A stretch of DNA of 63,981 bases, the filler included, from Hyphochytrium catenoides (taxonomy: Eukaryota; Protista; Hyphochytriomycota): NCBI GenBank assembly GCA_900088475.1. It is 12 parts of 12 records of this genome, joined end to end, with 100 filler letters (N's around TTAATTAATTAA, not from the genome) between each part and the next. Parts side by side here need not be neighbours in the genome. Positions count along the whole stretch, not along the records: positions 1 to 16,445 come from FLMG01002448.1; positions 16,546 to 36,248 come from FLMG01002601.1; 10 more parts are not named here. The stretch is one strand, 5' to 3'. The notes under the pieces were generated by a model that was not told where the DNA came from, did no database searches, and saw only the letters and a list, made by a program, of their open reading frames with translations. Within the stretch, counting starts at the first letter, position 1, and each line of letters starts with the position of its first letter. Position numbers and translations under genes: made by a program. Below, in pieces: positions 14,941-27,701 of this stretch.

Positions 14941-15070
14941 TTTGCACAGAGAGACCCTCCTCTAGAACTCTCGCTTTCCTCCTTCCCGTCTATATCCTTC
15001 TAGGTTTGCACAGAAGCGACCCTCCTTTCTAGAACTCTCGCTTTCCTTCCCGTGTAATATATCCTTCTCC
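14941..15070. repeat. Imperfect tandem duplication of about 63 bp
   Basis: TTTGCACAGA..GACCCTCCT..CTAGAACTCTCGCTTTCCT..TCCCGT..TATATCCTTCT occurs at 14941 and 15005. Confidence 0.85.
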
Positions 15071-15478
15071 TATCTTTCAATTATGCCGTGGGTTGGCCCG
15101 CGCTGCGGTTCCTCCTTGCTGCTTTCTAGGCCTCAAGCTCTTCTCTGCTCTGGCGTACATCCAGTTGCCGCTTCTGCGGTTACATCCTGCTGACTAGCTC
15201 TGTTTCCTAATGAAGTGGGCAAGCGCATTGATGGTTATGGGTGGAGATTTCTAAGGATGATAATAGGGCATGCAGTGGATAAGCGACGCCCATGCCCGAC
15301 AAGAGGTCTACGGGCTGTGCCGCTACTTCCTCTTCTATGAGAGGCCTGGGCGAGAGCAATCTTGCAGTTGACTCAATCTGAAGGTTTCCGTGGGAGACGC
15401 AAGGCCAAGTTCATTTATTTTGCTACGATGAATATATGAACGCTGACTATGCCCTTGCTCCTACCATGACCTACCAGT

Positions 15479-15560
15479 TATCTACACTATCGCTATGTAC
15501 AATGTACTCTATCGCTACGTACAAGGGGAGCTCTATATCTACACTATCGCTATGCACAAG
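15479..15560. repeat. Short direct repeat (24 bp, two copies plus a partial one)
   Basis: TATCTACACTATCGCTATG(T/C)ACAA at ~15479 and ~15535, with a partial CTATCGCTACGTACAA between them. Confidence 0.8.
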
Positions 15561-16445
15561 GGGAGTGTCTTTGATCCCCGTTCCCTCCTCCTCGGCCCGC
15601 TCCAGGTCTTCTGCCCAGGCTTCTGTCTTGGTACTTCCTGAGCGCTGCCAAGTAGAGCCAAAGAAGAGAATGATCCTGCTCGTGGGTGGGCCTTTGAACG
15701 AGCTGGGGCGGATCCGGATGCCCCAAGAAACTCGACTGGGTGTTGAGACGGGCGATCGGGGCAAGAACTAACGGATTCACCCCTTTCCAGTGACAGTGCG
15801 TAGAGATCCTCCTCCTTCCTTTCTGCTCTCTCCTTTTTTCCTTCTCCCTACTGGACTTGACCAGCTATCCCCTCGCCGCAAAAGAGAAAGGGTTACCTCC
15901 TCTCCCCAAAAGATGGCTCTGATGCTTCCACGAGGAAGGCAGGGAAGGAGGCCGCTTCAACCAGCCGCCAATCCACCCCAGGCAGGCATGCTGAGAGAGT
16001 CCAGGCCCGCAGCCTCCTATTTTGATGAGCTCTATGCCGTAAACCAGAAGACAGACAGAGCAAGCGACGAAGCCCAACAACTTGCATAAAGACTAAAGGT
16101 CAAGACCAAGAAGTGGAAGGCTGCAAACCAACAACGATCCGCCAGAAAAAAGAATGAAGAACAGTCCAAAAGGAAGAAAAGACAAGAACCAACAATAGAA
16201 AACAATCAAAAAAAGAGAACAGACGGGCAGACCGACAGGGCGTCACACAGAAGCACATGAAGAAGCAAAGTAGGAATCAACACATAGGTCCAAGGTCACA
16301 CAGCAGACAGCTCTCCAGACAAACAGGAATTATGATGATGATAATGAAGGGAAAGGACCACAAACCATCTTGTAAAGTCAAACAAGAAGATGCAGAATAT
16401 ACAAGTTGGAAGGACAACGCCTAAAGTGAAGACACAAGGGAAGGG

Positions 16446-16545
16446 NNNNNNNNNNNNNNNNNNNNNNNNNNNNNNNNNNNNNNNNNNNNTTAATTAATTA
16501 ANNNNNNNNNNNNNNNNNNNNNNNNNNNNNNNNNNNNNNNNNNNN
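16446..16545. other. Artificial contig-join spacer (first of 11)
   Basis: N44-TTAATTAATTAA-N44. Also at 36249, 40210, 44620, 46833, 49682, 51617, 55190, 56949, 60117 and 62827. Confidence 0.97.
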
Positions 16546-17185
16546 CTCTCTCTCTCTCTCACTCTCTCTCTCTCACGCTCTCAAACTCTTTCTCTCTCTC
16601 TTAGAACTGATGGGGCTCATTGAGCTCTGGAAGATGTCACCTGCAGAAGCTCCTGCAGACTTGCATCAGCCTCTGCGAGCGGAGGTTTGCAGCTCCGGGG
16701 TTATTGCCAGTAGTTCACACTCGTTGAAAGTCATTGATATCCAGTAAAGGGTAAGCCTGGAAGCTTGAACTGGACGAGAGACATGGATACTCGCAAGGAG
16801 ACGCCCGCCAAGGGAGCTCGGGAGGATGTGGAGAAGGAAGGGCGAAAGAAGAGAGACGTAAGACTACAGCCGTTCTCTTGTCCCCCTTCTCTCCTTTCCT
16901 TCATGGCGAGTGTACTCTTTAGGATGCCTAACGACATAGTTTCCTCTCTCTTTCTCTATCCTTGCGTTCTCGACCTCAAACTGTCTCTCTCCCTCCGAAA
17001 AGAATGCGGCTCGCCCTCGACCTTCTCTCTCACTCTCTGTCTTCTCTCTCCCTCTCCCTCGCTCTCCCGCCTCTCCCGCTCTCTCTTTCACACATATAAT
17101 CTCGCTGTCTCTCTCCCTCTAAATCGCACCCCTTCACCGACTCTCTTTTCTCCCTCTCTCTCTCTCTCTTCTCTTTCTTGGTCAG

Positions 17186-18612
17186 GTGACAGTCAGCTCC
17201 TCCTCCGCTGTGGTCACCACGGAGAATGTTGCTAAGCCCTTAGAGCCTCCTGCACTCCCGCCTCCACCGCCAGCCGAGGAAGTGCCGTTCACTTATCTTC
17301 TAAGGCTGAAAGTCAAGGGACAGAGGCGTAACATCGTCATTTTCAGAGATATGAGCGAAGCTTCTCTCTCTGTCTGCATCAAGGAGGCATTTCTCAATGG
17401 CGCCATGCCTGGGAGCCCCGTCGTCGTGTCAGGAGTCTTTCTTAGAGAAGTAGACCCTCACCGTCCTCAAGAAGGACAGGTGACGACCCTCTACCCCTTG
17501 GTCTGGGTGACGAAGCACCCTGGGCTGTTCCATAATAAGGTCTACGAGCTTGTGGATCCAACACCGCCGCCTCCAAGGGTAGGTGGCCTCCTCCTTACGG
17601 GGTCCAGCTACTCTGTCTTTATCCCTCTGTTGCACTTCTCTCTCCTTTCTTCTTCATACATTCTTGGCTTCTGGGACTCTTCCATTGCTTTGGTTCTCTG
17701 TCGCTCTGGCTACCTCCGCTGATTATCCCTCTCTCTCTCTCTCTCTCCCTCTCTTCGGCTTCTCCTGTTCGTATGCGCCGTCTTCTTCTCTCTGTCTCAC
17801 TCGCTCGTCCAGCTATCCCTGCATAGAAATCTTTTCTTTCTCTTCAACCTCCGACTCCTTTCCTCGGATGACTCAACGTCTCGGCGGCACCCCTATGGGT
17901 CTGTCTTTCTATCTCTCTCCCTTGGTCTCCCTGCTATAGGTGACGTGGCAGATGTGGTTTGAGAAGAACTGGAGAAACTTGTCCATCGGAGGCGCTATCC
18001 TCTTCATCTTCCACATTCTGGATCTCTATCGCATCCTCTTTGCCTGGATTTATCGGGTTCTGAACCTCCTGATGGAGATATTCCCAAGAGCTCCTCTGCG
18101 CATTCTATATCGCTACGGCCCAGGTAGGCTTGAAGCCAGTCTGTTCCTCCTGTGTCTCAACTCTTCTAGATCCCTAACTGCCCATCTTAATCTTATCCTC
18201 TGTCTTCTTTATCCATAATGCTCACTGCCTTTATCTTAGTCGATGCCCTTGGAAGATAGTCTCTCTCTTCCTTCATGTTTGCGCTCTCATCTTGCCTAGC
18301 TTGCATGCTTCAACACACCTGCCGGCTCTTCTCTTACGTTCATTAACCTTGGGCTTTTCTCCTACAGCTGTCCAAGTTGGCATCCTAGACGTCGGCTTCT
18401 GGCAAGGCATTCCTCGACGTGACATCTGCGCACGGATCACAGGGCAGCCAGCTACCTTCTGGGACCAGAACTCTAGAGAGTGCCGCTACCTTTTCAGTGC
18501 AAAGGAAGAGTCGTTCCTCACTCTTTGTGAGACAGTGATGTGGGTCGTACTGGGAGCTATGGCCTTTAGAGCGTTCTGGACTTATTTGGCAACAGGAAAG
18601 AGGTTCTGGTGA
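17186..18612 (+). CDS. Conserved-looking hypothetical membrane protein, 3' three exons, 5' end unresolved
   Basis: Exons 17186-17578, 17940-18124, 18369-18612 with canonical splice sites. Two TM segments flank PLRILYRYGP|...GFWQGIPRRDICARITGQPATFWDQNSRECRYLF. Confidence 0.7.
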
Positions 18613-18797
18613 AGGTAGATGGGAGCAACAAAGGACAACAGAGTATGGAGAAGACGGTTGACAGAGAGAGACCGTCATGGTCCTGTCTGGGTTGTCGTTT
18701 ATCGGGGCGGAAGAGCAGATCTCTCTTCTTCTCTCCTCCCATGTTTTATCAGTAATATAGGCAAACACCTCAATATACCTAGGTAGTCACGGTATAA

Positions 18798-21700
18798 CTA
18801 AGGGACCTCCACACACCGCTGGCTAGAGATCAGAAACTCTTCTCTTTTGTTAGCGGCAGCCGTACTCTTGCTGGCTGTTTGCTCTTTAAGCAAAGAGCGG
18901 ACAAATCTTCTCGCCACCTGGTAGCCCGCCGCGGTTGGGTCTTTAAGGAAACAGATGATAGTTAAGCTCAGCCAACATGGAGACAAGGCATGATAGGAAG
19001 CTCTATTCTTACCAAGTTGCTTCTCAACTTCCTCGACGATAGTCGGGGTTAGATACAGCGGAGAGTGGGGATCCATAAACGATTCATTGCGGGAGGAATA
19101 GCTCACTGTCCAGGAGAGAGAGCCTCCTCGATCCAGTCTTACTCGCCAATCCTTAGGATCTATCATGTGAATAGACAACGGTGTGAAAGAAAGCCTAGAA
19201 GGACAAAAAGTTGTTTGGTTTACACCGTCTCATAGCCTCTCCCTCATCTTGAAAGCTTTTGCGTCCTGCCAACTTCAAAGACATGATGGAAACCTACCTT
19301 TCAATATAGTCTTTCCTTGCTCAGAAAGCGTTCCATCAACGCAGAAGCCCAACATGACACAGCGGTCTTTAGAGGCGAGGTTCTGCTCTAAAGCCTTCAA
19401 TGTGCTTAGGAATAGACCTTGAGCAGCGTCTGAGGCCGCTCCCATAAATCTTCCGAATAAGACAACCTCGTAAGCCTGAAGGAAGTGCGACAAGCGGCGG
19501 AGCGGCACCTCAAACGGGTCCTGGATCAAGAGTAAGGAATAGGAAAAAGATATTGCCCGGATGGCGTGAGATCTATGAATGATCATAGAGATATGAGCCA
19601 ACGCCTGGAGAAATAGGACTCGACTATCTAGAGGAACAAAGAGAGACTGGGTTCGGACAATAATAAGAGTAAGATGTTACATGCTTACTTTGCCGCGAGA
19701 GATAGCTCGACGTGCTTGAGATCCTCCACGCTCACCATGCGAACTCAAACGCTGACGGCTATCCTCAAAGGTCATCAGACTCTCCTAAGACAATGACCAA
19801 TTAGGCGAAGAGGAAATGTGTTTGGTTGAAGAAGGCCAACGGAGAGGTCAAGAGAGAGCTAGCAATCCCTCTTTAGACAAAGAACGGTCCTTTAGACCCT
19901 CTTCTCAACCTTATGCATAAAGTGTTCAGCATCTCTCTGAACTTTCCACAGTCCAACCTCCAGCACTGCCTCAAGTGCTTTCTGGGGCTCGAGAAATGAC
20001 TGAGCCTCCTGAGCCCACGTTTTTGTGGTCTCTGAAGTAAAACAACATCACTTGTCAGCGGCTGGAAGAGAGAGGAGCTAATGCAATCATGATCACAGCA
20101 AAAGAACTTAACCAGAGCCCAAGGCAAAAACGTCCGCCGGTCAGGATCCAATGCGTAAACAGACGGGAGATGGGAGAAGGATCTGTGAGTCTAATGAATG
20201 TACCTTCCGAAGCCGCCTTATCTTCTTTGTTATATCTAATACTACGAGCGATCTCTATCCCAGCTCGCATGAGTACAGCTAAGGGAGAGGTATACGGGTT
20301 ATCGAAGACAGAAGAGGAAGGGACAGTATGCTTAGGCGGCAGCAAAGACCAAGAAACTGAGAGTCCCAGCAGACTGGCAATTCAATGGTCATGTGCGATA
20401 TAAAAGGAGAATGGAGTTCAGAGAACAATGAGAAGAGTAAGGCGCTAGAGGGACACAGTAAAGACACCAGAGCGGCTCTATATAAAGAGCCTATAATGGA
20501 ACTCTTCTTTGAAGAGAGTATACCAAGATGCGACCCTACCGAGAGCTGTCCCATTTTCCTGGTGAATGAATGGAAGCATGGATCCATTGGCGAAGCGCTT
20601 GAAGATCTCTTTCAGCACTGCCTGAAGCTCCGCCCCATTGACCGCTTCTCTTAGTACGTCCCAGAGTCGCTCCAGAAAGTCTAAGTCGGACCTCATAGGA
20701 ATGCCATCTGAGTGACAAGGTAGAGTATGATAAAAAAAAAGCATGGGAAGAGCAAGGGTGAAAGCATTGATAAGTACGGGTCTGAAGGCGAACAGACGGG
20801 AAGGATTAGGACATATAAGCCAAAAGAGAGAGACAGGAATAAAGACCAAGTTAAAGCACTAGGAGAACCCTCCGATAGTCAAAACAGTACGGTCCGGCGG
20901 TAGGGATAAGTACTTGAAGAAGAACGGTCAAGCAACACTATTGGCTGCTGTAAGGGAACGATAGGATAATAATAGATAGAGGATTGGGGAGAAGCCGAGA
21001 CAGTACGGATGTCTTTGGCCTTCGAAAGCATCTTGCTCTCTGGGGTCAGGTCCAGAAGTTCTTTCACTCTATGCTGCCAGTCGGCTCTGGGAAGAGAAGC
21101 AGCCAATCGATCGCGGATATGGTAATCACAACCACTGGTAAGGTCCTACATAGTCGGTGAGAAGAATGTATTGTCAGTATAGAATATAACGATGCCAAAG
21201 ACTCCTCGTCAGGAGAGCGTCAACATAGCAACGAAGAGTGATTTTGAGCAGAACCGAATCCATCGAGAGAAAGCGAGAACACAAGTAGTACCCAGAAAGA
21301 GGGAGCCCTGAAACAAGGAACAGCATCGAGCCAGTGGAGGGATGGTTAGGTCGAAAAGAGGTGATTAGGATGAGGCACTTGCCTCCGCCATTGCAGTTAG
21401 GGTGTCAAGGTTCTGCCCCATTAAGGCGGCTGGGGAATCACTGATAATGTGCTGCAAGCGGCTCTGTCGAAGAGAGAAGCTCGGATGAATGAGCACCAGG
21501 GATAGAGACACTGGGGGAGGTGCTGACAGGAGTCGGGGAACATTCTCCACGCCCTTCCAAGTACAGATAATCTGTGCGCAACAAAGAAAACTGGCTCAGA
21601 AGGTTATGACAGTGGTAGTGGTAGGCAGATTAGCAGTAGAGGAGAGAAGTTTATAAGAGAAGATCCGAGAGAGACAAGGCCAAGGAAAATAAATTTCGAT

Positions 21701-23700
21701 AGCAAGCAGTTCCTGTTGATATTGTCTTGAAAACCTATAGAGCTTACCCTCATCATCGCTTCCTTGCTTCGGCTGCTTCTGAAGTCGAAGGCCGAGAGCG
21801 CTTGCATGCTCAGAACCTGAAAGAAAGAGCGCGAAATGGTTTCTATGCTTAGGTCTTCTGGACTCTAAAGCCCGACCTGTCCTTTCCGCCTCTATTTTTC
21901 CCAACATCGTGCTTTGTATGGATAAATCTCCTGATACTGCTAATCCTTACCCCTTGACTTCTATCTATGACGGCAGCCTCCATAGCGTAGTCCCGACAGA
22001 TGTGATCAATGTCGACCCCTATAACAGTGTTATAAGGTTAGCATTTGGAGGGCAGGAAGTAGCGCAGTCCCAGGAAGGCAAAGAGTGGTCACATTGGACC
22101 TTGGGGCAGCACGATACACATGCTTTGGCCAAAAGAGAACTTCTATTCGGAGGCCGGACGAGCACACAGAACACATCTAACAACTGAAAGCGCACTGTGT
22201 TGGAGGGATAAAGCTGGCACGAATAGCGCATTGGTGCCTTGAGTGGGCGAAGAGGAAGACGTAAGCAAAGCAAAGTATCCGAAGTAGCAGAAAGAGCAAT
22301 AGTGGCACCATATGATAGCATGATGCTTAACGTCACCTGAGGCATGTTTAACTGTTATAATCCTGTATGATCCCTGGGTGTTGGTCCCATTGTTCTTGTT
22401 AACATCCTTGAGACCCAGATGGTACTTCTGGCCAAGAAACCTCCAAGAACAGGCGAGACCGGTTGCTCTTTTTGCGTTTGTATCGTTCTTGGTGTCGTCA
22501 TCTTGCTCCATTTCGGCAACCTCCTCCTCTTCATCCGTGACCGCAATGAGGAGTAATGGCCCCGTGTACCGCGTGGCTCGATTGTACGCAAAGAGAAGCG
22601 CCTTCGCAGCTCTGATCTCCAGCGGGACCAAAGAGGAGGGCGAAAGCGTAAAGGGCTTTGTTCTGTTGACCAAGAACATACGTTAGGACGTCAAGTGGTA
22701 CTCGACGTCGAAAAGAGGAGCGGGGGATAGTACGAGAGAAAAGACCATTGCGGCCGGATAGTAGAAAGGCGGTTTATAAGACCTTAGCTCTGCGTTGCTG
22801 CCAACCTCTGCCATGAATCGTTGTGCGGCTTTGCTGCTTACAGCTGGCGGCAGAGAGAAGGTCATCCAATCCTCTGTCTGCTTGATAAAGGGCTGCTTTT
22901 TGAATATAAACGCACTGCAAATCTTCTCGAGAAGAGGGACGGCCTACAACGTGGAGAAGTTGCGCTTAGCGGGAAAAGTGAAGGAGATAGGTCTCCGCAG
23001 ATGACAAGGAGAAAGAGAGACATACATAGACACATTGGGGAGAAATAACACGCTGGACTCTCCGTTGAGTTCACCAGACGAGAGAGAATGCCAAGTCCGA
23101 GAAGGCCAACGCCGAAGAGACTTCTTTAGGCCGCACACATCACCTGCTGACCAAACTTCTGCAGCACACCTTGAAGGTCTGGATGAAGCCGGAAGGCAAG
23201 AAGAAAGGTATCATCCCGATCTTCCCCTATCTCTGTTCTTGTCCCACCACTGGTGCCCCCACTGCCCGCGGGTCGAGGTGGCAACGCAGACTCTAAGGGA
23301 TGACCCACATGCTCTGCGAGGTATTCTTGCATTAGAAGTCGCAGGGATTGACATTGCGATACACAAGGGTATATCAGAGCAGAAACAAACAGGAATCCCG
23401 CTACAGAAGATCTAGTTGAAATGTAAAGCCCGAGCCATACTTAGCAGTGAAGAGTACACGATCGCTTCCTTAGGAAGTACCTCTAACTATCGCAAAGACT
23501 ATCGTCCCAAAGATGATCTTGACTCCGATATTCTGCTCTGTCTCTGTGTTCTTGTAGAGTTCCTTGACTGTCTCAAGGGCTTTTATTCCTTCCTCAGAGA
23601 GAAATGATTCCTCCGTACCACATTCTAGCGAGTTCTCTACGGCGCTGGCCGGAGTGCCGCCGTCATCCTCATGCATAGGCTCCACGGAGCTCTCACTCAT
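18798..23700 (-). CDS. Zwilch-like kinetochore protein (RZZ complex subunit), multi-exon
   Basis: The exon at ~20540-20710 reads PMRSDLDFLERLWDVLREAVNGAELQAVLKEIFKRFANGSMLPFIHQENGTALGRV, matching the Zwilch RxDLDFxExLW...PxxHxxN core. Also SPLAVLMRAGIEIAR and TWKGVENVPRLLSAPP. The start (23700) and several exon boundaries are approximate. Confidence 0.65.
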
Positions 23701-24191
23701 ACTGCTTAAGGCCTCCTGCAAGACTAAAGTCGGCCCAACTGTCGGCAACCTCGTCCAGACGTACTTGGCCGGGTGTTTCTTTCCTTCCCCCACGACGATA
23801 ATGGTCTCCGTATTTGTGCCCTTTCTCACTTTGGGAAGCCTATGTTGGTCTCTACCTGTCCTGGACAGTCTAACTCTGCGTATACATGTACCCTATCCTT
23901 CTTTCTTGTACATCAAGCCTGATAGTAGGAGGATCGTCTGTCCATCAATGCGGAGGCCGTCGAAACTTCAGAAATGCGATGTCTGGAAGCGACTGCCCGG
24001 CAATCTTCAGAAGACGAGCTCAAGAAGCCAATTTTCTTCATTCTTTTTCATCTTCGAAATCCCAGACAAACGCGCGAAACTCTCAGGAACACCCCAGGAG
24101 TAGAAGCTTCCAGCTCTCCTCCTGGATTGGCGCTTATGGTTCTCTAGACTACCCCCTGGAGGAGGGAGGAGAGAAACAAAGAGAGAGAAAC

Positions 24192-24226
<35 letters not shown>

Positions 24227-24447
24227 AAAAGCTAGCCCACGCCAAGACCATTCTACAGTTCGTCTTCCTTAGCAGAAGCACTTTGCTTCCACTGCCTATC
24301 ATTACATTTAGCTTACAATGGAGGTAGTCAAACGACAGCACCTGACGTCCCAGACCTACAAGTCTTCTTTTGACGTTCTCTCTCTCTTTCTTTCTCTCTT
24401 CCTTCCTCTCAGCCCTTTTCAAAAAGAGCCCAACCAATAAGTTAAGT

Positions 24448-27400
24448 TTAAGCGGCTGGGTCAACTAGCTGACCACAGTCTTCGATCACCACGTCCTTCT
24501 CAGGCTTGTCTTGCCGTCCAGTAGGCGTAGACTCAATCTTCCGGACAATCTCCATACCTGCAAAGAGTCATTGCACCGAGATGAGTGGTCGAGCAGCACA
24601 AGAAAGCAAGAATGAACGGGTGAAGGAGAGGAAGGTTCGAAGCTAATAAAAGTCTTCTCAATCGAAGAGAGGGAAGGCTCATATCGTGCTAAGAAAGACT
24701 GCGCAGCGGCTCATTTGAAAGAGAGAGAGTGGAAGAGGGAAGCTAGCGGTAGGAAGGGTAAAAGGAGAGAGAGAAAGATTAGAGAAGTCTTACCCTCAAT
24801 GACTCTTCCAAAGACGACGTGCTTATTGTCGAGGTGCGGAGTGGGCACGGTCGTGATAAAGAACTGTGAGCCATTGGTGTTCTTCCCTGCGTTGGCCATG
24901 GAGAGAAGCCCAGGCTCGGTGTGTTTGCACTTGAAGTTCTCGTCCTCAAATTTCTCTCCATAGATGCTCTGCAGCAATAGACACTGAGTTAGAAAGATAC
25001 ACAGACCGCTCAGAAGGCAGAAGAGGGACTGACAAAACGAATCGGAGGCAGTCTCGCCGCTGTAGACAGGCAAGGGGCCACTGAGACGGGGGCAGAAGGG
25101 GCGAAAAGGAGAGAAAGAGAGGCCTCAAAAGAGAGATAGAAGGCATGACATGGCTCACCTCTCCTCCAGTGCCATCTCCCTTCGTGAAGTCACCTCCTTG
25201 GATCATAAAGTCCTTGATCACTCTATGGAAACTGCAGCCCTTGTAGTGCAGCGGCTTGCCGCTCTTTCCTACTCCCTTCTCTCCTGTGCAGAGAGCGCGG
25301 AAGTTCTCTGCTGTCTTTGGCTGTGTATCTGCGAATAGTTCCATGACAACCCTGCCCTGCTTCTCCCCTCCAATGGCGATGTCGAAGAAAACCTTGGGGT
25401 TGTCAGGATCATGCTGCATCTCCTCGCCTACGACTGGCTATAAACAGGAGGGGAAGTGCCAGTTTGAAGTGGTCAGTTAAGCAGCTAAAAGCCGGCGATC
25501 TACAGAGGAAAGCAGCACCGGGGTGCATCACTCCTTGAGAGCGTTACACCTCAGAGAAAGAGAGAACGAATTGCCCAAGGAAGAGAGAGGTCGCCGATAT
25601 AACGAGAGAAATATAGGCGGACAGAGAGAAAGAACAGCGCTCATCAGAGAACAAGACGATAAACATAGAGAGAGAGGAGAGTGAAAGAAAGGAGGTCTAC
25701 AAGGGAAGAGAAGTCCTTTACCTTGTCATCGTACATGCTAACCTTGTTGAAGAACCCTCCAAACTTCTGCTTCTCCCTTTTCTTGGCTTCAGCGGCCTGT
25801 CATAGACCAGAGCCACATTAGAAAGAGTGTTGGCGGGATATAACGATGGTATAACAGTAGATGGGCAGTGTTCTTACCTTTCTCTTCACCAGAGCGAGCT
25901 CTCTCTTCGCATCCTTATTCTCTGAGTCTAATTCTAGGACCTTGTTAAAGTCAGCGGTGGCAAGCTCGTAGTCGTTCGTGTGCGCATAGGATACGCCCCG
26001 CCGAAGAAGAATCTTCACGTTGTTCGGGTCCAGCTTTAGCACGTCGTTTGCCTAGCAACAGTAAAGGATGAAAGAGGAATAGAAAGAGACCGTATACGTA
26101 AGCAGATAAGCAGAGAAAGCAAAAGAGCGCTTTGCCACAAGAGATAGAAGGTCTCTCTCTCCCCGAAATTGCCTCAGTCAAGTTAGCGATTGAATGGTTT
26201 TCTCAGCAGACGAGTCTCAGAGAATAGGGTGAATGTTTGACATCCTTGGCGCGTCGGTGCAAGCAACTGTCTTGCTTCCCTCTCTCACTGCTTACCTCAG
26301 AGAGAGCCTTTCCGTACTCCTCAAGCTTGAGGTGGCAGAGAGAGAGGTTCGAGTGAAGAGCGATCTTCATTGCCTTAAGTCTCTCTTCCTCCTCTGCCGT
26401 GGCATCATAAATATGGTCAACGTACTTGAGACCTTGGGTGTAGTGAGGGATGGCGTCTCGGTAGTCCTTCTCTTTCACTTTTTCTGTCCCTTTCTCTTTG
26501 CTCTCCTCTGCGGCTTGAATTCTTTCGGTCACGCTCATCTCCCAGATTTCCTTCGCCTTGGCCTTGAAGTCTAACAGCTCCACTTCGAACTTCAACGTCG
26601 CATTGGGTGGAATCTTAGGGGGAGAACCTCCCTCTCCGTAAGCGTAGGGAGCTGTGCACGTGAGCACTGATTTCTGAGGAACAAGAGAAGAAACCAAAGG
26701 GAAGGACGAAGGGAGAAACAGTGTTAGAGGACATACGGGTCCATCCGAAGCGTGAGAGAGAGAGATTTAGGGAAAGTAGTGGAGAAAGGAGCTGCAGTGT
26801 AGCCCTCTCACCTCTCCGCGCTTCATAGTAGCAACACCTTGGTCCCATCCCTTGATCACGTGGCCTTTGCCCAGAGTGAACTGTGCAGAGGAAGAGATAG
26901 TTGTCAGGCATCACTGCTTCGGTGTCAGCGGTACAAAGAGACCACCACGTTGAGAGAGAAAGAGAGAGAAAGATGACAAGGAAAGAGAAGAAGCTGAGAA
27001 AGAGGAGCTGTATCCACACTAAAGACCAGATCTTAAATATACTGTTAAGATACGGTGAGTGAGTGGGAAGTTGATCTTGCACATTTCCTTGACTCCGATG
27101 CCAATGATTTGATAAGCAGAGGAGGCGCAATGATATGTGCGGCTAGGAAGAGAGAGAAAGAGATAAGGGAGAGGGACAGAGAGAGAGAGAAAGAGAAACA
27201 GCTGATGCCCGAGAGAGAGAGTTAAGATGTCCCTTGGATCTTACCTTGAATGGTGTGCCTCGGTCGCGAGAAGAGTCAAACTTAGAGCCATCTAGGAGGG
27301 TGCCAACATAGTGAACTGCGGACAGAATAAGAGTTCATGGTGGAGCCGCCGAGTCCAAAAAGAGAGAGAGAGAGAGAGACTACGTTAGAACAACCAGTTT

Positions 27401-27701
27401 CTTTCTACTCTTTGTCATAAGAAACCAGAGAAGCGGAAGTGCAGTTTTCTCATCAGCAATGGGTAAGAGTCATGTGTCCTCACTGACAGTAGGAGAAACA
27501 ATGGACAATCATCATCGAGAGAGCACTCTTCACTATAAAAATGTTTCCCTTCTCTTACTTCTTCCCCTAGCCCAGAGACCCACTCCTTTCTTTCGTACCT
27601 TCTACTTCATAGCCGTCAGGTGGAGTCTCCCCGGCGCCCTGCACCAGGATCTCCTTGACGATGCCACCATCTCCAGAGACATCGATGGTCTCTAGAGCCA
27701 T
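24448..27701 (-). CDS. Dual-family immunophilin FCBP: FKBP + TPR + cyclophilin, about 9 exons
   Basis: FKBP: [65 protein letters not shown]: KEKGT...[24 protein letters not shown]. Cyclophilin: [58 protein letters not shown] 27701, TAA 24448. Confidence 0.93.

Noticed and set aside
16490-16501. Recurrent TTAATTAATTAA as a biological repeat or CRISPR-like array
   Set aside because: Always centred in N runs, so it is an assembly linker.
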